From: Candidatus Latescibacterota bacterium
GTDB taxonomy: Bacteria > Latescibacterota > UBA2968 > GCA-2709665
DNA length: 64,000 bases
Direction: 5' to 3'
Assembly (NCBI GenBank): GCA_965116875.1
Contig: OZ220733.1
Coordinates: 32,001-96,000 of the forward strand
Shown here in pieces: positions 47,260-55,324 of the stretch; the stretch's first letter is position 1; the number at the start of each line of letters is the position of its first letter. The notes beneath the pieces were generated by a model. That model worked only from the letters and a program-made list of their open reading frames with translations, searched no databases and had not been told where the DNA came from. The translations under genes were made by a program, and so were the position numbers.

Positions 47260-48711
47260 TCATTTGCGCCCGGTCGCCCGCAGAACCGGCTTTCGCGCTG
47301 CCGTGGCTTCGTCCATCCGGCGTACAGGCGTGTGATGCGGCGCTTCGTGAATCAGTCCGGGATTTTCCTCCGCCTCGAGAGCAATCCGGATCATGGCTTC
47401 GATGTACTCGTCAAGCTGTTCCAGGCTCTCTGTCTCCGTGGGCTCGATCAGCATCGCTTCCGGCGCCACTCTGGGCAGTGGAAAATAGATGGTCGGCGGA
47501 TGATGGCCGTAGTCGATGAGTCTCTTCGCGATATCCAGCGCGCTTACCCCGCTGGACTTTTTCTGTCGCGACGCGGAGAACACCATTTCGTGCATGGGCT
47601 GCGCGGACTTCGGGCGGTCATAATGTCCATCCAGCCTGCTGGCGATGTAGTTCGCGTTCAGGACGGCCATCTCGCTCGTGCGTCGCATCCCTTCCGCGCC
47701 CAGCATTCTGGCATAGACGTAGGCGCGAATCACCATCCCGAAATTCCCGTAAAATGTACTGACCTTTCCGATCGTTCGCGGGCGATCGTAGTCCAGTCCG
47801 AAGCGGTCGCCGGATTTCGTGACGACGGGGACCGGAAGGTACGGCAGCAACGCTTCCTTCACGCCCACGGGTCCGGATCCGGGTCCCCCGCCCCCGTGCG
47901 GGGTTGTGAAGGTCTTGTGCAGGTTGATGTGGACAACGTCAAAACCCATATCTCCCGGCCTGCATTGTCCCAGGAATGCATTCAGATTCGCTCCATCGTA
48001 ATAGAGCAGACCCCCGCCGTCGTGCACCACCTGCTGGATTTCAAGGATTTCATCCTCAAACACGCCGAAGGTATTGGGATTGGTCAGCATCAATCCCGCA
48101 ACCCGGTCGTTCATCTTGGCCTTCAGGTCCGCAACGTCCACCGTTCCGCGGCCGGTAGATTTCAACGTCTCCACCCGATAGCCGCACATCGCCGCCGTCG
48201 CGGGGTTCGTCCCGTGCGCCGAATCCGGAATCAATACAACCTGCCTGTTGTCCCGGTTTTCACGATGGTACGCGGCGATCAGCGAAATGCCCACGAATTC
48301 ACCCTGTGCGCCTGCGGCCGGTTGAAACGTAAAGCCGTCCATTCCGGTAACGGCCGTCAATATCCGGTCCATCTCCCACAGGACGCGCAATGCAGCCTGC
48401 GACGCCTCCTTGTCCGCGAAGGGATGCAAACCCGCGAAGTCGGGCAGGCGCGCGACGCGCTCATGAACTTTGGGATTGTACTTCATTGTGCAGGATCCCA
48501 GCGGGTAGAATGCCGTATCGATACTGAAATTCATGGACGAGAGATTTACGTAATGGCGCACAAGTTCCAATTCGCTGACTTCAGGCAGCGCGGGCGCGTC
48601 GTTCCGATACATCCCGTCCGGTATGGGCACAACCGCGTCGCCCGCGTCAGGAAACCTCGTGCACCGGCGCCCGCTGCCGCCTCTCTCGAAAATCAGCAGA
48701 TCCCTGTCCAT
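47260..48711 (-). CDS. gcvPB: Glycine dehydrogenase (decarboxylating) subunit 2
   Basis: PLGSCTMKYNP, QPAAGAQGE, SAHGTNPA and HINLHKTFTTPHGGGGPG motifs; coupled via TAATG. Confidence 0.95.
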   Translation of the reverse strand: MDRDLLIFERGGSGRRCTRFPDAGDAVVPIPDGMYRNDAPALPEVSELELVRHYVNLSSMNFSIDTAFYPLGSCTMKYNPKVHERVARLPDFAGLHPFADKEASQAALRVLWEMDRILTAVTGMDGFTFQPAAGAQGEFVGISLIAAYHRENRDNRQVVLIPDSAHGTNPATAAMCGYRVETLKSTGRGTVDVADLKAKMNDRVAGLMLTNPNTFGVFEDEILEIQQVVHDGGGLLYYDGANLNAFLGQCRPGDMGFDVVHINLHKTFTTPHGGGGPGSGPVGVKEALLPYLPVPVVTKSGDRFGLDYDRPRTIGKVSTFYGNFGMVIRAYVYARMLGAEGMRRTSEMAVLNANYIASRLDGHYDRPKSAQPMHEMVFSASRQKKSSGVSALDIAKRLIDYGHHPPTIYFPLPRVAPEAMLIEPTETESLEQLDEYIEAMIRIALEAEENPGLIHEAPHHTPVRRMDEATAARKPVLRATGRK

Positions 48712-50048
48712 TACATATCTCTCCAGGCGTCGACCAGGCGCGCCACGTCCGAGCCGGTCTTCGTTTCCGTCACGCAGGTCAGGACACACCGATCCAGTTC
48801 CGGATAGAGGCGCCCCAGGTCGATTCCGCCCGCGATGCCCTTTCGCCGCAACGCTTCGAGTGCTTCACGCGCGGGGCGGGATGTTTCAACCACGAATTCG
48901 TTGAACGACGCGCCGGAGAACCTGAGAGAAAGCCCGTCAATCTCACACAGCGCGGACGCTGCTTCGTGGCTCCGGTTCCAGTTCAACATGCCAACTTCAC
49001 GCAGGCCGTTCGGACCCAGCGACGCCAGATAGACGGTCGCGGCCGTCGCGCAAAGCGTCTGGTTCGTGCAGATATTCGAGGTTGCGCGCTCCCTGCGAAT
49101 GTGTTGTTCGCGTGTCTGAAGCGTCATCACGAATCCACGCTTCCCGTCCGAGTCCGTGGTCTGCCCGACCACGCGACCGGGCATTCGTCGAACGTGCTGC
49201 TCGCGCGTGGCGAACATTCCCACGTAGGGGCCGCCGTAGGACAACGGCAGGCCCAACGGCTGACCGTCGCCAACCACGATGTCCGCTCCGAAGTCACCCG
49301 GCGGCCGGATCACCCCGAGCGAGATGGGATTCACCGACGCGACAAATGCCGAACGGCGGCTCTGCAACAGGCTGCCCAGCGCGTCCAGGGGTTCGAGCAC
49401 ACCCAGGAAATTCGGATTTTGGACCACGACCGCGGCAGTATCGTCATTCAACTCCTCGTCGACCCGCTCCATATCGATCGTCCCGGCAACCGACCAGGGA
49501 ATTTCCACCACTTCCAGCCCGATTCCCTGAACATAAGTCTCGACGACCCGGCGGTAGAACGGGTGCAGGCTGCGCGGCAGCAGTACGCGCGTCCCGTTGT
49601 TGATCCGGACCGCCATCATCACCGCTTCCGCCAGGGCGGACGCGCCGTCGTACATGGAGGCATTGGCCACCTCCATTCCGGTCAACTCGCAGACCATGGT
49701 CTGAAACTCGAAAATCGCACGCAGCGTACCCTGGCTCACCTCCGGTTGATACGGCGTGTACGCCGTGTAGAACTCACTGCGGGAGATCATTGCGTCAACG
49801 ACGCTGGGCGTGAAGTGCTCGTAGGCGCCGCCGCCCGCGAATGACAACGCGGGGGACCGCTCCCGCGCCGAACGGCCCAGGTCCTCGATCAGTCCAAGGG
49901 CCTCCATTTCGCTGATCCCGGACGGCAGGTCCAGGTAAGCCAGCCGCAGAGACGCCGGGACGGGATCGAAGAGTTCATCGGTGGAATCGATCCCTACCGT
50001 ATCCAGCATCGTCCGAATGTCCTGATCCGTGTGCGGTGTATAATTCAC
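48711..50048 (-). CDS. gcvPA: Glycine dehydrogenase (decarboxylating) subunit 1
   Basis: YTPHT, FYTAYTPYQPEVSQG, NASMYDGAS and TREQHIRRERATSNICTNQ motifs. Confidence 0.95.
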   Translation of the reverse strand: MNYTPHTDQDIRTMLDTVGIDSTDELFDPVPASLRLAYLDLPSGISEMEALGLIEDLGRSARERSPALSFAGGGAYEHFTPSVVDAMISRSEFYTAYTPYQPEVSQGTLRAIFEFQTMVCELTGMEVANASMYDGASALAEAVMMAVRINNGTRVLLPRSLHPFYRRVVETYVQGIGLEVVEIPWSVAGTIDMERVDEELNDDTAAVVVQNPNFLGVLEPLDALGSLLQSRRSAFVASVNPISLGVIRPPGDFGADIVVGDGQPLGLPLSYGGPYVGMFATREQHVRRMPGRVVGQTTDSDGKRGFVMTLQTREQHIRRERATSNICTNQTLCATAATVYLASLGPNGLREVGMLNWNRSHEAASALCEIDGLSLRFSGASFNEFVVETSRPAREALEALRRKGIAGGIDLGRLYPELDRCVLTCVTETKTGSDVARLVDAWRDM

Positions 50049-50085
50049 AGACTCAACCTCGCAACTTGAAACGGTGGAAGAATTC

Positions 50086-50808
50086 CTATGCCTTCGAATA
50101 CGTGAATTCCAGACCATCTCCGGGCTGCCACCCGAGAAGCCGCTTCGCCTTCTCGTTCGAGAACTGCCCGTGAGGGCGATCTCCGAAAATGTTGAACACC
50201 TCGCACCGCGAAGGCAACCGGTCCAGTTCAATGGTGAGCCCCGGAATGAACGCGGCAGCCGCGTCGCGCCAGGATACCAGAAACGACCAGTCCCGAACCG
50301 GCTCGGCAGACGCGTCGTGATCTCTGAAGATGTAGAACAGGTAGCACAGCACGTAAACGTCACAATGAACGGTAAAGATCCGACAGATTTCCTGTCCCAG
50401 GCCCTTCGAAAGCGCATACAGGTTCGTACCGGGCTTCGGCGGTACGTCGGGTCCGATCCCGAAATCCCACGCCTCGTAGGGCGGCCCCTGTACGGTGAAA
50501 TGCGGTCCCGTGTTGATGACGCGCCGGATCCCATGTTTGACGGCGGCCCTCATGATGTTGTAACACCCCATGGCATTCACGTCGAATGCGACCTTTCGAT
50601 GCGGACGCAGCACGGACAGGTTGATGATTGCATCCATCCCCTCGGCTGCGCGCATGACGGCGACCGGGTCCGCCACGTCCACGGGCATCATTTCATGCGG
50701 AGTATCGAACGGGTCCAGATCCGTTATCCGCAGCGAGGCGCGGCCTTCCAGCGCTTTCACGACGTGCGGCCCCAGCATTCCGTTGCCGCCGTAAATCACG
50801 ACTTTCAT
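50086..50808 (-). CDS. NAD(P)-dependent epimerase/dehydratase (extended SDR), copy A
   Basis: GGNGMLG and YALSK motifs. Confidence 0.88.
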   Translation of the reverse strand: MKVVIYGGNGMLGPHVVKALEGRASLRITDLDPFDTPHEMMPVDVADPVAVMRAAEGMDAIINLSVLRPHRKVAFDVNAMGCYNIMRAAVKHGIRRVINTGPHFTVQGPPYEAWDFGIGPDVPPKPGTNLYALSKGLGQEICRIFTVHCDVYVLCYLFYIFRDHDASAEPVRDWSFLVSWRDAAAAFIPGLTIELDRLPSRCEVFNIFGDRPHGQFSNEKAKRLLGWQPGDGLEFTYSKA

Positions 50809-50836
50809 ATCCGTCTCCAGCGTTGTTCAGTTCAGG

Positions 50837-51565
50837 CTACACCGGTTTCTTCATATACGTGTATTCCAGCCCGTCCCGCGGCTGCCAGCCCAGGATCCGT
50901 CTGGCCTTTTCGTTCGTAAAGTGTCCGTGCGGCCGGTCGCCGAGAATGTTGAATGCCTCGCAACGCGACGGCAGACTCTCAAGTGGAATTCTCAATCCGG
51001 GGAGGAACGCGTCTGCGGCATCCCGCCACGTCACGATAAACGACCGGTCGTGAACGGGTTGGGCGGATGGGTCGTGATCGCGAAAGCTCCAGAACATGTA
51101 ACAAAGCACGTGCACGTCGAAGTTGGCCGTGAAAACCCGGCAGATTTCCTGGCCCAGCCCCTTGGAGATCGCATACAGATTCGTTCCCGGCCTGGGGGGC
51201 ACATCCGGAGAGATGTGGTCGTCCCAGTCCACGTAGGATTCGCCCTGTACGGTAAAGTGCGGTCCCGAGTTGATGACGCGCCGGATCCCGTGTTTAACCG
51301 CGGCCCTCATGATGTTGTAACACCCCATGGCATTCACGTCGAATGCGACCCTTCGATGCGGACGCAGCACGGACAGGTTGATGATTGCATCCATCCCCTC
51401 TGCTGCGCGCATGACGGCGACCGGGTCCGCCACGTCCACGGGCGTCATTTCATGCGGAGTATCGAACGGCTCCAGGTCCGTAATCCGCAGAGTCACCTGC
51501 CCTTCCAGCGCCTTCACGACGTGGGGTCCCAGCATCCCGTTGCCGCCGTAAATCACGACTTTCAT
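50837..51565 (-). CDS. NAD(P)-dependent epimerase/dehydratase, copy B (chimeric)
   Basis: GGNGMLG and YAISK motifs; N-half resembles copy A, C-half resembles copy C. Confidence 0.88.
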   Translation of the reverse strand: MKVVIYGGNGMLGPHVVKALEGQVTLRITDLEPFDTPHEMTPVDVADPVAVMRAAEGMDAIINLSVLRPHRRVAFDVNAMGCYNIMRAAVKHGIRRVINSGPHFTVQGESYVDWDDHISPDVPPRPGTNLYAISKGLGQEICRVFTANFDVHVLCYMFWSFRDHDPSAQPVHDRSFIVTWRDAADAFLPGLRIPLESLPSRCEAFNILGDRPHGHFTNEKARRILGWQPRDGLEYTYMKKPV

Positions 51566-51593
51566 ATCCGTCTCCAGCGTTGTTCAGTTCAGG

Positions 51594-52322
51594 CTACACC
51601 GGTTTCTTCATATACGTGTATTCCAGCCCGTCCCGCGGCTGCCAGCCCAGGATCCGTCTGGCCTTTTCGTTCGTAAAGTGTCCGTGCGGCCGGTCGCCGA
51701 GAATATTGAATACCTCGCATCTTGACGGCAGGCGCTCCAGTGGAATTTTCAATCCAGGGAGGAACGCGTCGGCGGCATCCCGCCACGTCACGATAAAAGA
51801 CCGGTCGCGAACGGGTTGGGCGGATGGGTCGTGATCGCGAAAACTCCAGAACAGGTAACACAGTACGTACACGTCGAAGTTCGAGGTAAAGACCCGGCAG
51901 ATTTCCTGGCCCAGTCCCTTGGACAGCACATACACACCCGTTCCGGGCCTCGGGGGCAAGTCCGGACCGATGCGATGGTCCCAATTCATGTAGGGGTCGC
52001 CCTGTAAGGTGTAATACGGCCCCGTGTTGATCACGCGCCGGATCCCGTTTTTCACGGCCGCGCGTATCACGTTATAGCATCCCAGGGTATTCACGTCGAA
52101 CGCGATTTTTCGATGCGGCCGCAGAACGGACAGGTTGATAATCGCGTCCATCCCTTCCGCGGCGCGCATGACGGCTACAGGGTCCGCCACGTCCACGGGC
52201 ATCATCTCGTGGGACGTTTCAAACGGCTCCAGATCCGTAATCCGAAGGGACACGCGCCCTTCAAGCGCCTTCACGACGTGCGGACCCACCATCCCGTTGC
52301 CGCCGTAAATCACGACTTTCAT
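51594..52322 (-). CDS. NAD(P)-dependent epimerase/dehydratase, copy C
   Basis: GGNGMVG and YVLSK motifs. Confidence 0.88.
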   Translation of the reverse strand: MKVVIYGGNGMVGPHVVKALEGRVSLRITDLEPFETSHEMMPVDVADPVAVMRAAEGMDAIINLSVLRPHRKIAFDVNTLGCYNVIRAAVKNGIRRVINTGPYYTLQGDPYMNWDHRIGPDLPPRPGTGVYVLSKGLGQEICRVFTSNFDVYVLCYLFWSFRDHDPSAQPVRDRSFIVTWRDAADAFLPGLKIPLERLPSRCEVFNILGDRPHGHFTNEKARRILGWQPRDGLEYTYMKKPV

Positions 52323-52354
52323 ATCCGTCACCAGGGTCACGCGGATTCAACGAT

Positions 52355-52999
52355 TCAGATTCCGAGGGCACTCTTAGCCTGGTCGACTGGAAACCTCGCG
52401 TTTTCGACCTCGGACTGCACGTGCAGCACCCGCCACATCGGCCCGTCTATCGTCAATGCGGATGCGATTGCCCTGACCGCGTCCGTCACAGACAACGCGG
52501 CGTCGCCGTCGCCGCCAACTTCCCCGAGCCGCAGGCAAGTCACGCGCACCGAGTGTTCCCGAGCGAATTCTCTGCACGTGAACTCACCGAGGTACTTCCC
52601 CAGAGGTCCTGCGTCCGTCGACGGCCTGGGCGCCCACTGCTCCGTCACGTTCCAGTTCGGATCGCACGTCTCGAAAAGGCTGAGCGAACTGAGGTAGACC
52701 ACGTGGCGGACGTTTTTCTCCCGTGCGGCCGCCATCAGATTGTACGTGCAACGCGTCTGGAAATCGATCTCGCTCTCGTCAGTCCTCTGCCGTTCGGGCA
52801 ACTGCGCGACGTGCACGATCGCATCCATCCCGTCCACCAGGGATTCCGTGTCGCCGTCGTGGCCCAGTTCACACGTGCGAAATGCGAATTCCGTCGACAC
52901 TTCCACGACGTCGGTCAACGTCACCTCGTGTTGCCGCGACAGGTCCTCAGCCAACGCCCGAGCAAGCGCCGTCCCTGCTGATGTAATCAGTACTCTCAT
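52355..52999 (-). CDS. Divergent NAD-dependent epimerase-like protein
   Basis: MRVLITSAG, GMDAIVH, TYNLMAAA, VVYLSS and CLRLG motifs; catalytic Tyr not evident (LGK). Confidence 0.75.
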   Translation of the reverse strand: MRVLITSAGTALARALAEDLSRQHEVTLTDVVEVSTEFAFRTCELGHDGDTESLVDGMDAIVHVAQLPERQRTDESEIDFQTRCTYNLMAAAREKNVRHVVYLSSLSLFETCDPNWNVTEQWAPRPSTDAGPLGKYLGEFTCREFAREHSVRVTCLRLGEVGGDGDAALSVTDAVRAIASALTIDGPMWRVLHVQSEVENARFPVDQAKSALGI

Positions 53000-53136
53000 G
53001 AGTCTCGCTCCTGTATCTGGAAATTCCATCTGCCCAAGCAAAGAGGTGCCTATCCAGCCAACGAACCTCAATTCGAAAAGAGACAACAGTCAAACCGGCC
53101 ATAGCAACCGCATTCCACCCACAAGCAAATCGTGCG

Positions 53137-53460
53137 CTACACGGCGATCACGCGTCGTTGTCCCTCCCTGCTTTCTGACGGGATGATCCGGATCTCGATA
53201 TCGCGATTGAGGCGGATAAGAAATGTCATCAGACGCTCTACGCTATAATGATTGAAATTTCCCCTCTTGAGACGGGATATTTCAGGCTGCTGCACGCCCA
53301 GGATATCGGCTGCTTCCGCCTGCGTCAGCTTCCGCTTTCCTATAATTTGAAACACCTCATAGCCGAGCGATGCCTTCAGAAACAACTCACCCGCGTCGGG
53401 TAATTCCAGATCTTCGAACACGTTGCCTGAACTCCGTTCAATGGCGATCTCATCGCTCAT
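53137..53460 (-). CDS. XRE-family HTH antitoxin (HigA/HTH_37-like)
   Basis: SSGNVFEDL ... LTQAEAADILGVQQPEISRL ... YSVERL. Confidence 0.87.
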   Translation of the reverse strand: MSDEIAIERSSGNVFEDLELPDAGELFLKASLGYEVFQIIGKRKLTQAEAADILGVQQPEISRLKRGNFNHYSVERLMTFLIRLNRDIEIRIIPSESREGQRRVIAV

Positions 53461-53490
53461 GCTTCGCCTCCGGTTTCTGCGCCACTTGAA

Positions 53491-53673
53491 CAGTCCGTTG
53501 AGAAAGTCGCTCTGCAGGCGAGGCCTGGTGTCCCGCCCCGGAAATAAATCGCCATTGTGGTCGAAGACAAGGCGCGCGACCGGGTCCCATCCTGCGATTC
53601 GGTGAGGGAGCGCAACGCAGCTTTTCGACGGCAAGGGCCGGCCGTAGCCCGGATGGACTTTTTCAACGGGCTG
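53491..53673. mobile_element. MITE family A, longest copy (183 bp), opposite orientation
   Basis: TIRs CAGTCCGTTGAGAAAGTC / GACTTTTTCAACGGGCTG; no coding capacity. Confidence 0.85.
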
Positions 53674-53733
53674 TTCAGGCGTGTACCTGACAGATCGCCC
53701 TCTCTCACGGGAACCTCACGGAGATCATGTCCA

Positions 53734-53762
53734 AATATAACCAATTGGATATAAATTGTCAA
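53734..53762 (-). promoter_or_regulatory. Sigma-70 promoter with palindromic operator (TA-type)
   Basis: TTGACA-17 bp-TATATT on the - strand; near-perfect palindrome TATAACCAATTGGATATA at 53736-53753. Confidence 0.7.
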
Positions 53763-53795
53763 GGTCTTTGCCGCTTGCAACAGGATAAACACCCT

Positions 53796-54308
53796 CTAAA
53801 GATACTGATAATACGTGACCTGGGGCTGGACGATGTTGAAACCCGCCTTTTCGTATGCGCGGCGCGCGGGAGCGTGACCCTCGTCCAGACCGGTACCCAC
53901 ACAGGCAAAGCGGAGTCCCTCGGACCTGAAGCAGTCGAGGGCATAGCGATACATCGCCGTGCCGAGACCCTTGCCCTGCGCCTCGGGCGCCACGGCATTG
54001 TTCGTGATTCTGCCCAGGGATTTCTTCCGGTCGATCGAAAACGTCAGGAATGCGACAACGTCCGGTGTCTCCGCGGCGACGACAACGCGGAACCACTCCG
54101 GATGCGTCTCCCAGTGGCGGCGGACCGCGATTGTTTTCTCTTCCTCCCAATTCGCGCACAGCACGGCGTGCATTTCTTCTCCCATGATCTCCGCGGTACT
54201 GACGTGGATCCTCTTCCACCCCTGCCGGGCGATCTCACCCACGCGCTCCATATCCTGCGAAACCGCCCGTCGTATTCGAAATCCTGCGGTGAGTTCGGAA
54301 TCCGGCAT
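53796..54308 (-). CDS. GNAT family N-acetyltransferase
   Basis: AVAPEAQGKGLG and ARRAYEKAGF motifs. Confidence 0.88.
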   Translation of the reverse strand: MPDSELTAGFRIRRAVSQDMERVGEIARQGWKRIHVSTAEIMGEEMHAVLCANWEEEKTIAVRRHWETHPEWFRVVVAAETPDVVAFLTFSIDRKKSLGRITNNAVAPEAQGKGLGTAMYRYALDCFRSEGLRFACVGTGLDEGHAPARRAYEKAGFNIVQPQVTYYQYL

Positions 54309-54559
54309 GCCTAACCATCCCTCTGGCTTTCGTCATTCGTCGCCTGGTCCTGCATGGAGTCTTCAGCAGGAAAAGCGAATGGACTTAATGTGCGGAACGC
54401 GTTACCCTCGGCCGTTGCCCCTGTAGTGAAGCGTCATCAGGACAGGACGCGCAGTCGACGGCGCTGTTCGCGAAATACAAAGGCGTTGACATTCGGCCGG
54501 GAGCCGATATCTTGAAATCGATGGCCGAAACCAACCAGGCACGAAAGGAGCGACACCGG

Positions 54560-55324
54560 ATGAAACTTGGCATCGTCACCTATCAGATCGCGAAAGACTG
54601 GGATGTTCCCACACTGATCGACATGTGCCACACCACGGGAATCCAGGGCGTCGAACTTCGCACCACCCACGCGCACGGTGTGGAGATCGCGCTTTCATCC
54701 GCCGAACGGAGCGCGGTCAGGCGCCGCTTCGAGGACGCGGGGGTCGAAATCGTGGGCCTCGGGAGCGTCTACGAGTACCACGCCGCGGATCCGGAGACCG
54801 TGCGCCGGAACATCGACGGGACCGTCGAAACCGCGCGGCTCGCCGCGGACCTGGGCTGCTCCGGCGTCAAGGTTCGTCCCAACGGGCTGCAGACGGAAAA
54901 GGGCATTCCGGAAGAACAGACCCTGGAACAGATCGGGCGCGCGTTGGGAGAATGCGGCGAAGCAACCGTGGACCTGGGCGTCCAGATTCGCGTTGAGGTC
55001 CACGGCAGGGACACGTGCGAACCCCGGCGCATGCGCACGATCATCGACCATGCCGACCATGACAACGTCTACATCTGCTGGAACTGCAACCCCCAGGACG
55101 TCGTTGACGGCTCGGTCAGGAGCGGCTTCGACTTGCTGAAACACAAAATCGGGCTCGTGCACATCAACGAATTGCACAAAGCCGAATACCCCTGGCGGGA
55201 ACTCTTCGGGCTCCTGAAAGCCGAAGGATACGACGGATACACCCTGGCCGAAATCCCCGACAGCCCGGAGCCGGAACGGCTCTTGCGTTACTACAAAGCC
55301 CTGTGGCAGGCGCTTATGGCCTAG
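54560..55324 (+). CDS. Sugar phosphate isomerase/epimerase (xylose isomerase-like TIM barrel)
   Basis: GVELR, VEVHG, VHINE and GYDGYTLAE motifs. Confidence 0.82.
   Translation: MKLGIVTYQIAKDWDVPTLIDMCHTTGIQGVELRTTHAHGVEIALSSAERSAVRRRFEDAGVEIVGLGSVYEYHAADPETVRRNIDGTVETARLAADLGCSGVKVRPNGLQTEKGIPEEQTLEQIGRALGECGEATVDLGVQIRVEVHGRDTCEPRRMRTIIDHADHDNVYICWNCNPQDVVDGSVRSGFDLLKHKIGLVHINELHKAEYPWRELFGLLKAEGYDGYTLAEIPDSPEPERLLRYYKALWQALMA

Noticed and set aside
50086-52322. SDR repeats as a diversity-generating retroelement or an assembly artefact
   Set aside because: No reverse transcriptase is in the window, differences are not restricted to adenines, and the copies carry many distinct substitutions while all staying in frame.
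53457-53792. ORFs 53457-53792 and 5783-6040 sharing SPLKKSIRATAGPC as a protein family
   Set aside because: The shared peptide is just translation through MITE family A.
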